Assembly (NCBI GenBank): GCA_036755305.1 | Contig: DAIONG010000007.1 | Coordinates: 76,047 to 140,046 of the forward strand | DNA length: 64,000 nt | Direction of reading: 5' to 3' | Origin: Burkholderiaceae bacterium | GTDB taxonomy: Bacteria; Pseudomonadota; Gammaproteobacteria; Burkholderiales; Burkholderiaceae_D | Shown here: piece after piece, positions 31,149-43,100 of the stretch | Layout: each line of letters begins with the position of its first letter | How positions within the stretch are numbered: position 1 is the stretch's first letter | Made by a program: the position numbers and the translations under genes | Notes under the pieces: model-generated | Seen by the model: the letters and a program-made list of their open reading frames with translations, nothing else | Databases searched by the model: none | What the model was told of the DNA's origin: nothing

Positions 31149-33172
31149 CGCTGCGGGATCGGCGGATTGACGCCCGGCGGATAGGCGGCGGGGACGATTT
31201 CAGGCTCCGGCGCCGGTTCTGGAGCCGGCGCCGGAGGCGGCGCACCAGGTGGCGCCGACGGCGGCGAACCCAGTTGCGGCGTGGCCGGCAGGGCCGATGG
31301 CGGCACCGAGAAGCTCGGGGTCGCGTCCGGCGGCGGCGCCACAGGAGTTGTCTCGACGGCCGGCGCAGGCGCCGGCGTGCGCACATTCGTTCCGCCCACC
31401 TGCACCCGCACGACATTATCAGGACGGCGGCGGAAGCTGGCCTCGGTGCCGGCGCCGAATTCCGACGCCGACGCCGGCGGACGCTGGATGGCGCGCACGA
31501 TGCGCGGCGTGATCGACAGCACGATCTCGGTGCGGTCGCGCTGATCGCGCTGGCTGCCAAACAGGCGGCCGACGACCGGCAGGTCGCCGATGCCGGGCAC
31601 CTTGCTGCCGCTGCTGCGATCTTCGTTGCTGATCAGGCCCGCCAGCACCTGGTTCTCGCCATCCTTCAGCTGCAGCAAGGTGTTGGCCGAGCGCGTGCCG
31701 ATGCGGTAGGCCACGGTGCCGCTGGTGGTGCGCACCGATTCGCCCAGGCTGCTGACCTCGAGCCCGATCTTGATCGCCACCTCGTTGTTCAGGTAGATGG
31801 TCGGTTCCACGTTGAGAGTCAGGCCGACGTCGATATAGTTGATGTTCTCGGAGGCGAAGCCGCCGATGCCCGAGGACACCGTGGCCGAGATGTTCGGGAT
31901 CTTGTCGCCAATGACGACCTTCGCTTTTTCCTTGTTGCGCACGCGGATGCGTGGATTGGCCAGGGTGTTGGTGTCGCCGTCGGTCTTGTTGGCGTTGACC
32001 GTCGCGGCAACGCCGGTCACCTCGATATTGCGACTGTTGAAGTCGCGCAGGTCGTTGACCGTCAACGGAACGCCGTCCAGCGTCTGCAGCGGGGTGAACG
32101 ACAGATTGGTCGGCCAGGCGATGCCGAGGTCCATCACGCTGCTGCGCCGGATCTCGAGCACCTCGACGTCGAGCATGACCTCGGGCTCGGGCACATCCTG
32201 CAGGGCCACCAGCTGGGTAGCGATGCGGATCGCTTCCGGATTGTCGCGCAGGATCACCAGGTTCAGCTTCTCGTCCACCACCACGTCGCGCGCCTTGAGG
32301 ATGGTCTTGAAGGTGTTGGCGATGCTCTTGGCTTCGGCATTCGCCAGGAAGAAGGTCTTGACCGTCATCTCCTGGTATTCGCGCACCTTGGCCGCCACGT
32401 TCGGGTAGATCAGGACCGTGTTGCCGTCCATGACCTGGCGTTCGAGCTGGTTGGTCATCAACAGGTAGTAGACCGCTGCCTCGACCGTGCTGTTCTTGAG
32501 GAAGATCGAGGTGCGGGTGTCGGCCTTGACGTCCTTGTCGAAGATGAAGTTCAGCCCCGAATGGCGCGCGATGACTTCGAACACCTGCTTCAATGGCGCG
32601 TCGCGGAACTCCAGGCTGATGGGTTTGCGGTAGCTGGCCGCCAGCGCCGCCTGGCCTTTCGGCGCGGCCGCCACCTTCTCCTCGACTTCCTGCATCAGCT
32701 GGCGCGCCGCCTCGTGCGCCGGGCGTTCGGTGAGCACCGCCGCCAGCTTCTGGCGCGCGGCGTCGACGTCGTCCTTGTCGAGGGCGGCGCGCGCCTCGCC
32801 GATGGCGGCCGCGTGGCGGCGCTCGGCCTCGACCTGGCGCAGGCCGGCGCGGGCGCGGTCGTTGACGGGGTCGATCGCCAGCACGCGGCGGAAATCCTGG
32901 GCCGCAAGGTCGGCGTGGCCGGATGCCAGCGCGCGCTCGGCCTGGTCCACCAGGCGCGCGGTGGCATTGTCGCGCGCGCGCAAAAACGCGGCCCGGTATA
33001 CCGGATTGTCCGGCTCGGAGGCCAGCGCTTCCTGGTACTTGGCCAGGCCGGCGCCCACCTGGTCCCGGGCCACCAGCGCATTGCCTTCCTGGTAGGCGCG
33101 CTGGGCCGCGCACCCCGCCAGCAGCAGGGGCAGCAACAGCACCGTCAGGCCTTGAATCCGGGTTCGCACCAT
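31145..33172 (-). CDS. lipoprotein TPR-secretin fusion (GspD/PilQ superfamily)
   Basis: ORF track end is 33334. I chose the ATG at 33170-33172 (MVRTRIQGLTVLLLPLLLAGC lipobox). A TPR-like helical-repeat region of about 180 aa comes first, followed by an N0/STN-like domain (ISLEFRDAPLKQVFEVIARHSGLNFIF). The secretin core follows (GDLPVVGRLFG...TEIVLSITPRIV), and the C-terminal tail of about 80 aa is Pro-rich. Confidence 0.8.
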   Translation of the reverse strand: MVRTRIQGLTVLLLPLLLAGCAAQRAYQEGNALVARDQVGAGLAKYQEALASEPDNPVYRAAFLRARDNATARLVDQAERALASGHADLAAQDFRRVLAIDPVNDRARAGLRQVEAERRHAAAIGEARAALDKDDVDAARQKLAAVLTERPAHEAARQLMQEVEEKVAAAPKGQAALAASYRKPISLEFRDAPLKQVFEVIARHSGLNFIFDKDVKADTRTSIFLKNSTVEAAVYYLLMTNQLERQVMDGNTVLIYPNVAAKVREYQEMTVKTFFLANAEAKSIANTFKTILKARDVVVDEKLNLVILRDNPEAIRIATQLVALQDVPEPEVMLDVEVLEIRRSSVMDLGIAWPTNLSFTPLQTLDGVPLTVNDLRDFNSRNIEVTGVAATVNANKTDGDTNTLANPRIRVRNKEKAKVVIGDKIPNISATVSSGIGGFASENINYIDVGLTLNVEPTIYLNNEVAIKIGLEVSSLGESVRTTSGTVAYRIGTRSANTLLQLKDGENQVLAGLISNEDRSSGSKVPGIGDLPVVGRLFGSQRDQRDRTEIVLSITPRIVRAIQRPPASASEFGAGTEASFRRRPDNVVRVQVGGTNVRTPAPAPAVETTPVAPPPDATPSFSVPPSALPATPQLGSPPSAPPGAPPPAPAPEPAPEPEIVPAAYPPGVNPPIPQR

Positions 33173-33717
33173 CAGTCGAATACTCCAATATTGAGCTGCT
33201 GTCGTTGTTCCAGCGGCAGGTAAGTCAGGGTAAGCACCGGTGGACGGATCGCGTCCACGCGGTAAGTGCCGTCGATGGTTTCGCCATCGCGCACGAGATA
33301 GGTGCGTTCGCCGCGCGCCAGGTAGATTTCCCACACGCCGTCCTGCAGCGACTTGCCGATAAAGGTGAACGGCAGCGGCGGCGCGCTTGGAGGTGGCGGC
33401 TCGGGCGGCGGCTCGTTCGATGGCGGCGGTGGCGGCGGGGTCCAGTCATGGCGCGCGAACAGGCTATTGTCGCCCTCCCCGAAACGGTCGCCGCTGGCGC
33501 CGATCAAGGTCTCGCGCGGGATCAGGCGCGCGATGGCGACGTCGCCGCCGGCCTTGTTGGCGGATGGCGCGGCGCTGCGCGCCGGCGCAGTGGCAGTCGT
33601 AGCGGCCGCGCGCTCGACCGGCTCGGCCAGTTCCGTCTGGGGCGCGTTGTCGCCGAACAGCACGAGGCCGGCCGCCGCGGCCAGCGCCACGCCCATCACG
33701 ATGTGGCGCGGCTTCAC
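33172..33717 (-). CDS. PilP / GspC-HR-like inner-membrane-anchored periplasmic protein
   Basis: 181 aa with a GTG start overlapping the upstream stop (GTGA). It has an N-terminal TM helix, a Pro-rich linker (PPPPPPSNEPPPEPPPPSAPPLP) and a C-terminal beta domain (FTFIGKSLQDGVWEIYLARGERTYLVRDGETIDG). Function is inferred from architecture only. Confidence 0.5.
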   Translation of the reverse strand: MKPRHIVMGVALAAAAGLVLFGDNAPQTELAEPVERAAATTATAPARSAAPSANKAGGDVAIARLIPRETLIGASGDRFGEGDNSLFARHDWTPPPPPPSNEPPPEPPPPSAPPLPFTFIGKSLQDGVWEIYLARGERTYLVRDGETIDGTYRVDAIRPPVLTLTYLPLEQRQQLNIGVFD

Positions 33718-34274
33718 CGCCTGCTTCCTTCGGCAAGATAAAAAGTCAGCCGCAGGCGCGCCTCGACCCCGGCCTCGCCCACGCTGTCGCGGCGGAAGGC
33801 GACGTCGTCCAGCGAGGCGTGCGGGATCGCGCGCAGCACATCCATCGCGAATTCCCAGATCGCGCCATAAGCGCCCTTCACCGGCAGGTTGACCTGGTAG
33901 GCGACCAGTTTCGCATTGCGGTCGCCCGTGGCGCGGTATTCGCCCTGGCGCAGCGCCAGGCCGTGACGCTCGGCCAGCGCGAACACCTGTTTCAGCTGGC
34001 GCTCCACGCCGCGGCGCTCGCCCAGCGTGGCATAGAAATGCTGCAGGTTCTGGTCGCTGCTGGGCGGCGGCGCAGCGGGAGCGGCCTGCGGCAGCAACGG
34101 CGTGCGCGCCGCCTGGCGCGCCGCTTCATAGTCGGCGTTCAGTTGCGCCCGCGCCGGCACCAGCGCCACCTGAACCGCGGCGCCCGCGACCAGCAGCGCC
34201 AGCACCAGCACCGTCAACGGATCGATGCGCGCCAGCCGCAGGCGCGCGCGCAGCAGCAAGGCGCCCGCCGTCAT
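33714..34274 (-). CDS. PilO / GspM-like bitopic protein
   Basis: The ORF track frame extends to 34862. I chose the ATG at 34272-34274, which overlaps the upstream stop (ATGA). It has one TM helix (LTVLVLALLVAGAAVQVALV), a coiled-coil segment and a periplasmic domain. The call is architecture-based. Confidence 0.5.
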   Translation of the reverse strand: MTAGALLLRARLRLARIDPLTVLVLALLVAGAAVQVALVPARAQLNADYEAARQAARTPLLPQAAPAAPPPSSDQNLQHFYATLGERRGVERQLKQVFALAERHGLALRQGEYRATGDRNAKLVAYQVNLPVKGAYGAIWEFAMDVLRAIPHASLDDVAFRRDSVGEAGVEARLRLTFYLAEGSRR

Positions 34275-34816
34275 GACGCCTCCCACTGCACGCTGACCTG
34301 GAACCGCAGCGGGCGATTCGGGTCCTGCTCCATCACTTCGTGGCGCAATAGCACCACGCTGCTGAACCATTCCTCGGCCTGCAGGCGGGTGATATAGGCC
34401 AGCATCTCGTCGCTCGAACGCGCTTCGGCGCTGATGCGCACCGTGCGGCGTTTCGCGTCCGGCTCCAGGGCCAGCAGCGCGATCGTGTTCGGCGTGGCTT
34501 CGCCCAGCGCCGCCGCCAGGTCGCGCCACGGCAGGTTCAGTTGCAGGATCGCGGCGTTGACGGCGCCGGCCTGCGTCGCCGAGACCGCAATCTTCGGGGC
34601 CGGCGGCGCGGCCACTGGCGGCGGCGCGCTGCGCGCGGCCAGCGCCGCTTCTAAGACCCGCAATTCTTCCTGCTGCTCGAAGTAGCGCTGGGTCATGAAC
34701 AGCGCCGGGATGCACAGCGCCAGCACGCCCGGCAGCACATACACCAGGGTCGGCGGCGCGCGGAACAGCGTGCGGCGCAGGCTCGGCGGCGCGAAATCGA
34801 TGCGGGTGCGCCTCAT
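34271..34816 (-). CDS. PilN / GspL-periplasmic-like bitopic protein
   Basis: 181 aa. A short cytoplasmic N-terminus (MRRTRIDFAPPSL) sits where PilN carries its INLLP motif. One TM helix, a coiled coil and a periplasmic domain follow. The call is architecture-based. Confidence 0.5.
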   Translation of the reverse strand: MRRTRIDFAPPSLRRTLFRAPPTLVYVLPGVLALCIPALFMTQRYFEQQEELRVLEAALAARSAPPPVAAPPAPKIAVSATQAGAVNAAILQLNLPWRDLAAALGEATPNTIALLALEPDAKRRTVRISAEARSSDEMLAYITRLQAEEWFSSVVLLRHEVMEQDPNRPLRFQVSVQWEAS

Positions 34817-35632
34817 GCCGGCACTCCGGTGCGCGCCAGGCGCGCCAGTTCCGACCAGTCATCCAGCTGCTCGAGCAGGCTGCAGGCGAATTTCAGCCGC
34901 CCCGGGCTGCTGGCCCAGGCGGCGGGCGCGGCGCCGGAGAGCTGCAGGCGTTCGGGCCGCGCGATGCCGACCCGCAGCGCTTCCCTCGCCACATGGGATT
35001 CGAGCCAGTCGCGATCGGCGCCCGCTGGAATGGGGGCGCTCCGCACCGCCGCCAGCTTGCGGCCATCGTAGGCCGCGAGCGACAGCACGCCGCCATGGAC
35101 CAGGCCGAACCAGGCCCCTGGCCGGCGCTCGCGGCGCCAGGCGTTCATGGCGGCGACGAATTGCGGGCTGATCTCGACCAGGTGGAAACCATGTTCACGG
35201 GCGGCGGCATCCAGCGCGTCGAGCAAGGCCTTTGGCGCCGCCGCGGCCAGGAAGGGATCGACCGCATCCCAGTCGGCGCTGATCTTCCACTCGGCGCTGG
35301 CGGCCCCGAACAGGTGCTGGAAGCGCAGCGCGGCGGCCGCTTCCAGGTCGCCCATGCGCGTCGCGCCCGGCGGCGGCGGCACTTGCCACAGGCGCACCAG
35401 TTCATCGGCCAGCACCACGCTCACCGGCCAGCCCTTGACCGGCAGGTCGGCAAACAACATGGGGAGGCCACGTGCCAGCGCGTCGGGGGCGAACAGGTCC
35501 AGCGGCTGTTCGGACAGGGCCAGCGGCGCGCCGCCGAACAGGCGGCTGGTCTTGACCAGGGAAAGTCCGCCCGCAGCCACGCCCAGGCGCAGGGCCTGGC
35601 CCAGACGCGGCAAGCTCGTTGAAAAGTTCAGT

Positions 35633-35640
<8 letters not shown>
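34813..35640 (-). CDS. PilM / GspL-cytoplasmic-like protein (putative actin-fold assembly protein)
   Basis: 275 aa with no TM helix. It lies between the ATPase gene and the PilN-like gene, with overlapping stop/start codons on both sides. The call is based on position and architecture. Confidence 0.45.
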
Positions 35641-37335
<1,695 letters not shown>

Positions 37336-37339
<4 letters not shown>

Positions 37340-38523
37340 GACATGTCTCCCGCTAGATCGAAGATCGGCATGTACAGCAGCACCACGATGGCGCCCACCA
37401 CCAGGCCGATGGCGGCCATCAGCAGCGGCTCAAAGGTGCGCGTAAAGCGGTCGATCCAGCGCCCGATCTCGCCGTCATAGAAGGCGGCCGACTGCGTCAG
37501 CATCGGGCCCATCTCGCCGGTGCGCTCGCCCACGCGCAGCATGCGCAGCGAGATCGGCGTGGTCAATCCATTGGCCTCGAACGCGTTCGACAGCGGCTGG
37601 CCGGCCTCGATCGCGGCGCGCGCCGCGGCCAGGTTCCTGGCCAGATGACTGGACACCATCGGCTGCACGGTCTCGATCGCGCCGACGATGGTGATGCCGC
37701 CCTCGGTCAGCATGCCCAGGGTCAGGTACAGGCGCGACAGCTCGTAGACGCGGGCCCGCTCGCCGATGCCGGGGAGTTTCGCCAGCAGGCGCGCCATGCC
37801 GCCGCTGCGCGCTAGACGCCGCACGGCGGCAACCAGGCCGGCGACCAGCAGCGCGGCCGCGACCAGGATCGCGCTGCCGTGGCCGGCGGCGAACTGGCCC
37901 CAGTCCAGCAGCAGCTGCGACATCCACGGCAGGTCGCGGCCGGCGCCGTGATAAACCTCGGCGAATTTCGGCACCACGTAGCCGATCAGGAAGGCGCTGA
38001 CGCCGCCGCCGACCATCAACAGGATCACCGGATAGATCGAGGCGCTGACGATCTTGGAGCGCACGGTGTCGATGCGCTGCTGGTAGTCGATGTAGCGCGC
38101 CAGCGCGCGCGGCAGGTCGCTGGTGCCTTCGGCGGCGCGCACGATGCCGACGTACAGCGGGGGGAACAGCGCCGGCTGCGCCGCCAGCACGCTGGAAAAA
38201 CGCTTGCCCTCGCGCAGGCCGGCCAGCAGGCGTTCCAGCACGGCGCGGGTGGACGCCACGCCCTCCTTCTCGAGCAGGGCTTCCAGGCTTTCGACGATGC
38301 CCAGGCCCGCATTGAGCAGCGCCAGCAGCTCCTGGCTGAACAGCACCAGAGAAAGTTTCCCCCCGCGCGGGCGCGCCAGCGCCGCCCCGCGCGCCGGCTC
38401 GACGGCGCTGACGAACAGGCCGCGCGCCTCGACCTGGCGGCGCGCGTCCTGGGCGTCGAGCGCGTCGACGACGAGGTTCGAGATCGACATATCGGGCGCA
38501 AGGGTGCGAACGGCGAACTGCAT
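37336..38523 (-). CDS. GspF/PilC-family inner-membrane platform protein
   Basis: ORF track end is 38727. I chose the ATG at 38521-38523 (MQFAVRTLAPD...). 395 aa with two T2SSF repeats and three TM segments. Confidence 0.88.
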
Positions 38524-38564
38524 GGGATGCCCGGACAGGTTGCGGTGAAGCGAAAGGGAGCGTT

Positions 38565-39011
38565 TTAGTTCGAACTGATGTCGGCGTTGTCGCCGGTCCC
38601 ACCCGGCTGTCCATCCTTGCCGAGGGACAGCACCTCGTATTCGCCGCGGGCGCCCGGCGCCCGGTACTGGTAGGGATTGCCCCACGGGTCGGGCGGGATC
38701 GCCTTCTTCAGGTAGGGGCCGTTCCACTTGGCGCCGGCGCTCGGCGGCGCCGTCATGAGGGCGGCCAGGCCCTCCTCGGTGGTCGGATAGCGGCCGACGT
38801 CGAGCCGGTAGGTATCGAGGGTCTTGTCGAAGGCGTCGATCTGGGCGCGGGCGGCGGTGACTTCGGATTTGCCGAGCTGCGAGAAGTACTTGGGTCCGAC
38901 ATAGGCGGCGAGCAGGCCGATGATGACGATCACCACCAGCAGTTCCAGCAGCGTGAAGCCTGCGCTGCGTCCGGCAGGGACGGCGGCGCCCTGTTTCATA
39001 GCAAAAACCAT
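38565..39011 (-). CDS. gspG: type II secretion major pseudopilin GspG
   Basis: ORF track end is 39170. I chose the ATG at 39009-39011, which has an AGGAG Shine-Dalgarno 7 nt upstream. The leader is ...GRSAG|FTLLELLVVIVIIGLLAA. The GspG core is YRLDVGRYPTTEEGLAAL...GPYLKK...DPWGNPYQY...SLGKDGQPGG. Confidence 0.88.
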   Translation of the reverse strand: MVFAMKQGAAVPAGRSAGFTLLELLVVIVIIGLLAAYVGPKYFSQLGKSEVTAARAQIDAFDKTLDTYRLDVGRYPTTEEGLAALMTAPPSAGAKWNGPYLKKAIPPDPWGNPYQYRAPGARGEYEVLSLGKDGQPGGTGDNADISSN

Positions 39012-39388
39012 CAAGCGACTCCTAGATTGCTTCTTTGAAATCCTGCGCTTGAAAGGTAACACGCTGCCCAGCACGGCGACAACTGTTCTTTTCAAAAAAA
39101 CACCATTCTCAGCCAACCCAAATAACCCACGGTCAATTTGTTCAAATGTCAAAAAATTACAATGATGCATATTTCAAACGGATGACAAACAGCAAGAATT
39201 AATGTCTGTTCATAGGAGAAACCAAATTTAATGAGTGCAATTTATAAAAAGTCAAAACATTGCTTGTTAAACTTTTTTACACTTTTCTTATTTCCATTGA
39301 TATATTTCTTAACAACCTGAACCTCAGGTGCCACGCGCAGTGCCCCGCCATACCAAGGCGAGAGAAATCCCAACCACAAAGGCAAATC

Positions 39389-40147
39389 ATGACTCGGAAA
39401 TCGCACACGGCATTACCCTCCCTGACCAGTCCGCTGGCCAAGTTCGCAGCCGCTGCCCTTAGCGCAGTCGCGCTCGCGGCGCCGGCCCAGGGCGCGACGA
39501 TCACCTTCAACAGCGGCGCAGGCATGCTGTTCGGCAGCGGCGATACCTGGCAGGAAAGCGGTTACACCATGCTCATGGAAGCGTACGACCCAGCCGATGT
39601 CGGCAGCCTCGTGGGCGCGATCGTCGACAGCAGCGATCCGGGTTACTGCGTCGCCATGGCTTGCCCGGTCAACGGCGACGGCGCCTACTACGGCGCCTTC
39701 AACGACAGCATCGTCTGGCTCGCCGCCGATAATGCCAGCTCCTTCATGATGAAATCGATCGACGCCAGCTTCATCGGCCTCGACGCCGCCCTGGGCGGTT
39801 ATCCGCGCTATTCCGGCCTGCTGCGGATGCAGGGCTTCCTCGAAGACGGCAGCTATCTGGAGCAAGACCTGCTGCTCGACGGTCCCGGCTCGAGCGGCTT
39901 CCTGTTCGGCCGCTACAGCCCGTTCGAAACGTTCGCCAACACCGCCTTCGTGGCCATCGCCATGTTCGGCTTCACCTGCGACGACGTCGGCGACTGCGTG
40001 GCCTTCGATACCAACCGCGGCCAGTTCGCCATCGACAACCTGGTGCTGGAAGACGCCCTGGCCGAGGTGCCGGAGCCGGCCAGTCTCGCGATCTTCGGCA
40101 TCGGCCTCGCCGGCCTCGCCGCCCGCGCCCGCCGCCGCCAGGCCTGA
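39389..40147 (+). CDS. PEP-CTERM sorting-domain protein (function unknown)
   Basis: ORF track start is 39260. I chose the ATG at 39389. It has a signal peptide (AALSAVALAAPAQGA) and a C-terminal VPEPASLAIFGIGLAGLAARARRRQA. The S8 protease gene starts 45 nt downstream. Confidence 0.82.
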   Translation: MTRKSHTALPSLTSPLAKFAAAALSAVALAAPAQGATITFNSGAGMLFGSGDTWQESGYTMLMEAYDPADVGSLVGAIVDSSDPGYCVAMACPVNGDGAYYGAFNDSIVWLAADNASSFMMKSIDASFIGLDAALGGYPRYSGLLRMQGFLEDGSYLEQDLLLDGPGSSGFLFGRYSPFETFANTAFVAIAMFGFTCDDVGDCVAFDTNRGQFAIDNLVLEDALAEVPEPASLAIFGIGLAGLAARARRRQA

Positions 40148-40192
40148 GCACCCAACACAGCCGAACCCCGCTGAACCCAAGGACACGCATCC

Positions 40193-43100
40193 ATGAAACT
40201 CCGCCCAATTTCCGCAGCAATCCTGTTCGCCCTGGCCGGCCTGACCATGTCAGCCCAGGCCGCCGAACGCCGCCCCTACGTCGTGCAACTGGCCGACAAG
40301 CCGATCGCCTCCTATGACGGCGGCGTCAACGGCATGGCCGCCACCCAGCCGCGCCCCGGCCAGCGCCTGAACCTGAACAGCGCCAGCGTCCAGCTGTACA
40401 GCGGCTACCTGGCCCAGAAAAAGGCGGCCGTGCGCGCCGCCATCGGCAACGCGCCACTGGTGCACGACTACAAGGTCGTGCTGAACGGCTTCTCGGCCAT
40501 GCTGACCGACGCCGAGGTACGCGCCCTGATCGGCCGCAGCGACGTGCTGGCCGTGACGCCCGACGTCCCGCGCGAGCTGACCACCGTCTCCACCCGCGAC
40601 TTCCTCAAGCTGACCGGCCCCAACGGCGCCTGGTCCAAGCTCGGCGGCGTGACCGAGGCCGGCGAAGACGTCATCATCGGCATCGTCGACGGCGGCATCT
40701 GGCCCGAACACCTGTCCTACGCCGACCGCGTGGACGCCGACGGCAAGCCGACCCACGACAACAGCGGCAGCCTGGCCTATTCGGCGCCGCCGTCGCGCTG
40801 GCAGGGCGACTGCCAGACCGGCGAAGGCTTCACCACCGCCCACTGCAACAACAAGCTGATCGGCGCGCAATACTTCGACGACACCTACCTGAGCGTCGGT
40901 CGCGAGACCCACTGGAGCGAATTCCGCTCCTCGCCGCGCGATTCGCTCGGCGGCGACGTCGGCGAAGGCAGCCACGGCACCCACACCTCGACCACCGCCG
41001 GCGGCAACTACGGCGTCGACGTGACCATGGCCGGCGTCGACATCGGCGAGATGTCGGGCGTGGCCCCGCGCGCGCGCCTCGCCTCGTACAAGGTCTGCTG
41101 GACCTACGTCGACCCGAGCGTGACCATCGGCCGCCGCAACAGCTGCTACGTCGGCGACAGCGTGGCCGCCATCGAAAAAGCCGTTGCCGACGGCGTACAC
41201 GTGATTAACTTCTCGATCAGCGGCGGCACCAGCCTCACCGATCCGGTCGAGCAGGCCTTCTTCGGCGCCGCCAATGCCGGCGTCGTGGCCGTGGCCTCGG
41301 CCGGCAACGACGGCCCGGGCAACCAGGTGGCCCACATCAGTCCATGGCACACCACGGTCGGCGCCTCGACCCACAACCGCGAGTTCCAGGCCACCGTCAC
41401 CCTGGGCAACGGCCAGCGCTACACCGGCGCCTCGATGAATACCGAGCCGCTGCCGGCCGAAGAGCTGGTCGACGCCTCGACCGTCGGCCTGTCCGGCGCC
41501 AATGCCGCCCGCCTCGCCTTCTGCTACAGCGCCTCATTCAATGGCGGCCAGGCCCTGCTCGACCCGGCCAAGGTGGCCGGCAAGGTCGTGATCTGCAACC
41601 GCGGCGAGAACGACCGCGTCGACAAGAGCCGCGCGGTGCGCGAAGCCGGCGGCGTCGGCATGATCCAGGTCGACAATGGCGCCGGGCTGGTGGCCGACAT
41701 GCACTCGGTGCCGTCGGTCCACGTCACCGCGGCCGACGGCCAGCGCATCCGCAGCTATGCGGCGGCCAGCGCCGCCAACGCCACCGCCGCGATCAGCAAG
41801 TTCGTGGTCGGGGCGTCGGCCCTGAACGCGCCGATCATGGCCGCCTTCTCGTCGCGCGGCCCGAACCGCGCCGACCCGAATGTGCTCAAGCCGGACGTCA
41901 CCGCGCCGGGCGTGGACATCATCGCCGGCGGCACGCCGGGCCTGACCCAGGAGCAGCATGACGACATCGTCAACGGCACCCTGGTGCCGCCGGTCGAGTT
42001 CGTGTCCATGCAGGGCACCTCGATGTCGGCCCCGCACGTGGCCGGCCTCTCCGCCCTGCTGCGCCAGAAGCACCCGAGCTGGACGCCGGCGATGATCAAG
42101 TCGGCGCTGATGACCACCGCCACCGACACCTTCCCGGATGCCCAGCAGGGCGACCTGCGCGGCATCCTGCCGTTCGCCCAGGGCGCCGGCCACGTCAACC
42201 CGACCGCCGCCCTCGACCCTGGCCTGGTGTACGACATCGGCGAAGCCGACTACCGCAAATACCTGTGCGGCGCCGGCGTTGCGGGCCAGTGCGCGGGCGG
42301 CCAGATCCCCGGCTATGACCTGAACCTGGCCTCGATCGCGGTCGGCAACGTGCTCGGCTCGGTGACGATCAACCGCTCGGTGACCAACGTCAGCACCACC
42401 GCCTCGAGCTTCACCTCGCAAATCTCGGTGCCGGGCTATACCGCGGTGGTGTCGCCGGCGACGCTGTCGATCGAGCCGGGCCAGACCAGGCCGTTCACGG
42501 TGACCCTGACCCGCAACGGCGCACCGGAGAACGCGTGGCAGTACGGCACGCTGACCTGGACCGGCGGCGGCCATACCGTGCGCAGCCCGGTCATCGCGCG
42601 TTCGGGCCGCTCGGTCATCGCACCGACCTTCATCTCCAGCGACCGCGCCAGCGGCAGCAAGGCGATGAGCATCAGCACGGGCGTGGCCGGCAAGATCAGC
42701 GCCGTGACGGGTGGCCTCAAGGAAATCGTGCGCACCGCCAATTCGATCTCGGCGGCGCCTGCCGGCAGCATCGAATCGCTGGCCGCGATGACCGATGCCT
42801 GCGCCCGCGGCCTGTACGGCGCCCGCGTGGTCCCGGTGACGTTCACCGCGGACACCGTGGCGGCCCAGTTCGAGCTGTTCGACCGCGACACCGGCGCCCA
42901 GGGTGGCGACGACCTCGACCTGCTGCTGCTCAATTCGGCCAACCAGCTGGTCGCCTACTCGGCCACCTTCGGCTCGGACGAGACGATCGCACTGGCGGCC
43001 CCACCGGCAGGCAACTATCGCCTGTGCACGCTGGCCTATGAAACCGCCAGCGGCGGCTCGACCACCTACGGACTGCACTCGGTCGTCGTCAACACCAGCG

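Noticed and set aside
39012-39388. Sigma-54 or other recognisable promoter motifs in the AT-rich divergent region between gspG and the PEP-CTERM/protease operon.
   Set aside because: Only a very weak GG-N10-GC match (ACGGAT...CAGCA, about 200 nt upstream of the ATG at 39389) was found. I could not support any specific promoter or operator call.
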